Shown one piece after another: positions 60,203 to 64,000 of a DNA stretch of 64,000 nt. The stretch covers positions 130,758,001 to 130,822,000 of the forward strand of contig OX597819.1 of the NCBI GenBank assembly GCA_951406725.2, in the 5' to 3' direction. This stretch comes from Octopus vulgaris (Eukaryota). Under the pieces are notes generated by a model. That model saw only the letters and a program-made list of their open reading frames with translations, was not told the DNA's origin and searched no databases. How positions within the stretch are numbered: position 1 is the stretch's first letter; each line of letters starts with the position of its first letter. Both the position numbers and the translations under genes were made by a program.

Positions 60203-60773
60203 ATAGATTAAGAATATATTCGAAGAAATAACTGCATATAAAACAACAAATAACCAGAGATCGAGGAAAACAGTGATGGTCTACGTCCGCAAAAATCACA
60301 TGTGGAATTCGTAAATTTTAGATAACATCATATGCTGAACTGAGAATGTTAAGATTTCGAGTAAAACTGATCGTTGTCGAGGAGACTGTTTTCTCTCTCT
60401 TTAAGTGTTTTGTTGGAAATATCACTATTTTTGCCTTCGCACGACATACGAACTTGCGAATTTTATTATCGAAGTATGTTACCCTACTTTCCATTTTATT
60501 ACTCTGACCCTCACACACCCCTCCACCACTATAACGGATTCTAAGAATAAATGAATGAATGAATGAATGAATGAATGAATGAATGAATGAGCGAGACTGG
60601 TTTGTGCTTGTCTCCTTTGAACAGACTGTTTGTGTCACGGATGGAAATAATTTATAAAGAAAAAAAATATATAAAATGAACGAATGAAATAAAATAAAAT
60701 AAATGCTGCCATGATTAAACAATATTTCACAATATCTGTTAAACGTATGCTGGCACGTTCAGGCACTCAAATT

Positions 60774-60861
<88 letters not shown>

Positions 60862-61347
60862 TGTACATATGTTTATGGGAACGTGTATATGTGTGGGCTT
60901 GCATGTCTGTGCGTGCATGGTCATATATATATATATATATATATAAACGTAAATATATATATTTGTGTGTGTGTATGTATACATACATATATATTTGTAT
61001 GCGTGTATATGTTTGTGTGTGTGTGTTTATATATGTGTGTGTGTGTGCGTGTGTAAGTAGTCTGTGCAGATGTGTGTGCGTCTACCGTTTCGACAGACGT
61101 CGTCTCATGCAACCGTCCAGATAATGCCTCGCAGCAAACAGCGATCAGCGAGCATCGGAGAGCAAACGGACCAGCGAACGTCAAAGCAAAAATAACTCCA
61201 ACCCTCGATTTAGAGAGAAAACAGCTTAAGATGTATATTAATATTTCTCTGTTTCCGTAGAAGATCTAATTAGTAATTTAGTGATTTATCGAGAGTTTAA
61301 CTGATGTAACAGAGTTACAGGAACTTGTAAAGAAAAAAACGAGGGAG

Positions 61348-61394
<47 letters not shown>

Positions 61395-62394
61395 GGAACG
61401 GAAGAGAGGTGGAGTTGAGACAGAAAAAGTGAAGAGAGGAAAGGAGAGGATAACGAGGTTGATGAAAATTATGAGGATGAAGGAGTAAAGGAGAGAGGGA
61501 GAGAGATGAGACAATTGAGCGCCGTTTTACAACTGCTGCGCTTGGAGTTTTAAAATGAAAGAAAAAATGGGAGACAATAACATAAAATAAAGAGTGCATT
61601 AAGTTGACTGTTTGTTGTTTTTTGGGGTTGTTGTTAGTGTTGTTGTTGTTGTTGTTAGTTTTTTGCTTTTGTTTTTTGCTTTGTTTTTTTGGTTTTTGTG
61701 CGGGTTGTTGTTATTTTAGGGGATGCTTTCACGGATTACATCTGTCGTCGTTTGCAATGAAACTGTGTATAAATAAATATTTAAAATGAAGGGCGGCAGG
61801 AAGGCAGGAAGGAAGGAAGGAGTGAAAATGATTGAATGAGTGAATGAATGAATGAATGAATGAATGAATGAAGACGTGAATAAGTGAATGAGTGAACGTA
61901 TAGATAAATAAATGAATGAATAAATTTATTTTTGAATAATAACAGTGAGTGAATAAATAAAATAGTAAATTATAAAATGAAAGAGCGAACGAAGAAAGGG
62001 TGGGAAATAATTGAAGGAGTGAACAAACAAATAAATAAAGAAAGAAAATACTTGATGAATAGATGAAGGAGTGAAGGAGTGAATAAATAAAAAATGATAT
62101 AATGAAAAAAACGGAGGAAGAGAGGAGAAAATCAAAGAGGATGAATAAATAATAAATGAATCGGTGAGTGAAGGAAAAAATGAATGATTATATTAAAAAA
62201 TTATTGAACGAAATAATGAATGAATAAGTCAACGAGTGAATAAGTGAATAGGTGAATAAATAAGTATAAAAAGAATGAACGAAGAGGAAATGATTAAGTA
62301 AATGATTGAATAATGAATGAATGACAGAATAAATAAATAAATGAATGAAAGAAGGAATGAATAAGAAAAAAGAATAACAACAAAATTTTCTTCG

Positions 62395-63314
62395 GTAAGT
62401 GTCTTCTGCTATAGCCCCGGGCCGACCAAAGCCTTGTGAATGGACTTGGTAGACGGAAACTGAAGGAAGCCCGTCGTATATATGTATATAAATGTATATA
62501 TATGTGTGTGTGTATGTGTGTCTTTGTTTCTATGTTTGTCCCCCACAACTGCTTGACAACCGATGTTGGTGTGTTTACGTCCTCGTAAGTTAGCGGTTCG
62601 AGAAAAGAGATGATAGGAAAAGTACCAGGTTTTAAATATGAGTCCCGGGGTCGATTCGTTCGGCTAAAATTCTTGAAAGCGGTAAAAGAATAAAAGAATA
62701 AGTAAAGGTCTGAACGCATAAATGTTTAATGCGAATGAAAGAATGACAAACTGAATGGCGGAAAGAAGAAAAGAAGAAATAAATGAATGACTGAATGTGA
62801 ATGAATGAATGAATGAATGAATGAAGAATATTCAATAAACGAATAAATGAAAAAGAAAATAGAATGAGTAATTAATCGAATGAATGAATGAACTGAATCG
62901 AAAAATAATTGAAAAGATGAACGACGAAATGATTGGATGAGCGAATGAGTTTATAAACAAACAAACAAATAAATACTCTTTTACAGTTGACTGCGGCCAT
63001 GCTGGAGCACCGCCTTTAGTCGAGCAAATTGACTCCAGGACTTATTCTTTGTTTTTGCCCAGCAAACACACCAGCATCGGTTGTCAAGCAATGCTAGGGG
63101 GACAAACACAGACACACACATATACATACATATATATATATACATATATACGACGGGCTTCTTTCGGTTTCCGTCTACCAAATCCACTCAGAAGGCTTTG
63201 GTCGGCCCGAGGCTATAGTAGAAGACACTTGCCCAAGGTGCCACGCAGTGGAACTGAACCCGGAACTATGTGGTTGGTAAACAAGCTACTTACCACACAG
63301 CCACTCCTGCGCCT
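62395..63314. mobile_element. SINE family A copies (62395-62700 + partial; 62975-63314 -) in a (GAAT)n-rich field
   Basis: Family A motifs. Confidence 0.85.
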
Positions 63315-64000
63315 ATGAAATATTGAAATACATGAAATATTGAACGAATAAGTAATTAATTGAATGAGTTAATGAATGCATGAATATACAATTAAACTGT
63401 TATCTTTGGGGAAGCTACCATGTTGACTCACAAGATGATCTCTCTAGTTCACGAGAGACTTCCTTGCAGGATAGCAAAGACTTCCTGGTTACTTGCTAGA
63501 GGCTCCATTGTGGAGCACAAGAGGCTCTCCTTTATCGGCTTACTAGAGGCTTCCCTTGCTGGTTCGTTGAAATTCCTTGATTGACTCGTTAGAGTGTCTC
63601 CCTTTAGCTTGCTAGACGAGCCTCTGTTCGCTCATTAATGCCTTCCTTGTTGGCCCGCTTGGATCACTAGAGGCTATCTTGTTTGCTCGCAAAAGAGACC
63701 CCACCATAGGCTTATAGAGGCTCCATTTCTAGCGCTGCTCACTAGCGGGTCTCTCGTTGTCTTATATGAGGTGCTTTTCATAAGTTTTGAAACTTTTTTA
63801 AGAGAGGAACTTATAACTGTCGTAAGTTATTGTAATTTTAGTATATCACTGTTATACCTACAATAAGCTGACCTGCCAACTTTTGTTAGTCTAGATTGAA
63901 AGAGACGGTCGTAACAGCACTTTGAACATAGCCTACTAAACTCTGTTTGTCACAGCTGATTAGTTTGCAGAAAGCAGACGGGGCGAGCTGGCAGAAACGT

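Overview
AT-rich, extremely microsatellite-dense animal genomic DNA. The tRNA-headed SINE families and the (TA)n/(TACA)n/(GATA)n load resemble an octopus or other cephalopod genome (inference from memory, no search run). I find no credible host protein-coding exon; nearly all listed ORFs are translated microsatellites, so this is a large intron or gene desert. It contains many SINE copies from three families, decayed mariner and hAT transposases, hAT-type MITEs, a non-autonomous Helitron, CR1/RTE/R4-like LINE ends and a decayed Gypsy interior. Several short unique islands rich in homeodomain/TALE motifs look like enhancers. The most notable hidden signal, found by reading both strands, is 13 type-I hammerhead ribozyme motifs in Penelope-like element (PLE) remnants, mostly lodged in (TA)n tracts. 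They include a two-copy family with a G3-C8 swapped core, a three-copy family with a fixed A6U core and a head-to-head pair in a 237-bp inverted repeat. Several 60-170 bp locally templated insertions and head-less SINE concatemers are also visible. Coordinates were read by eye; boundaries of decayed elements are approximate.
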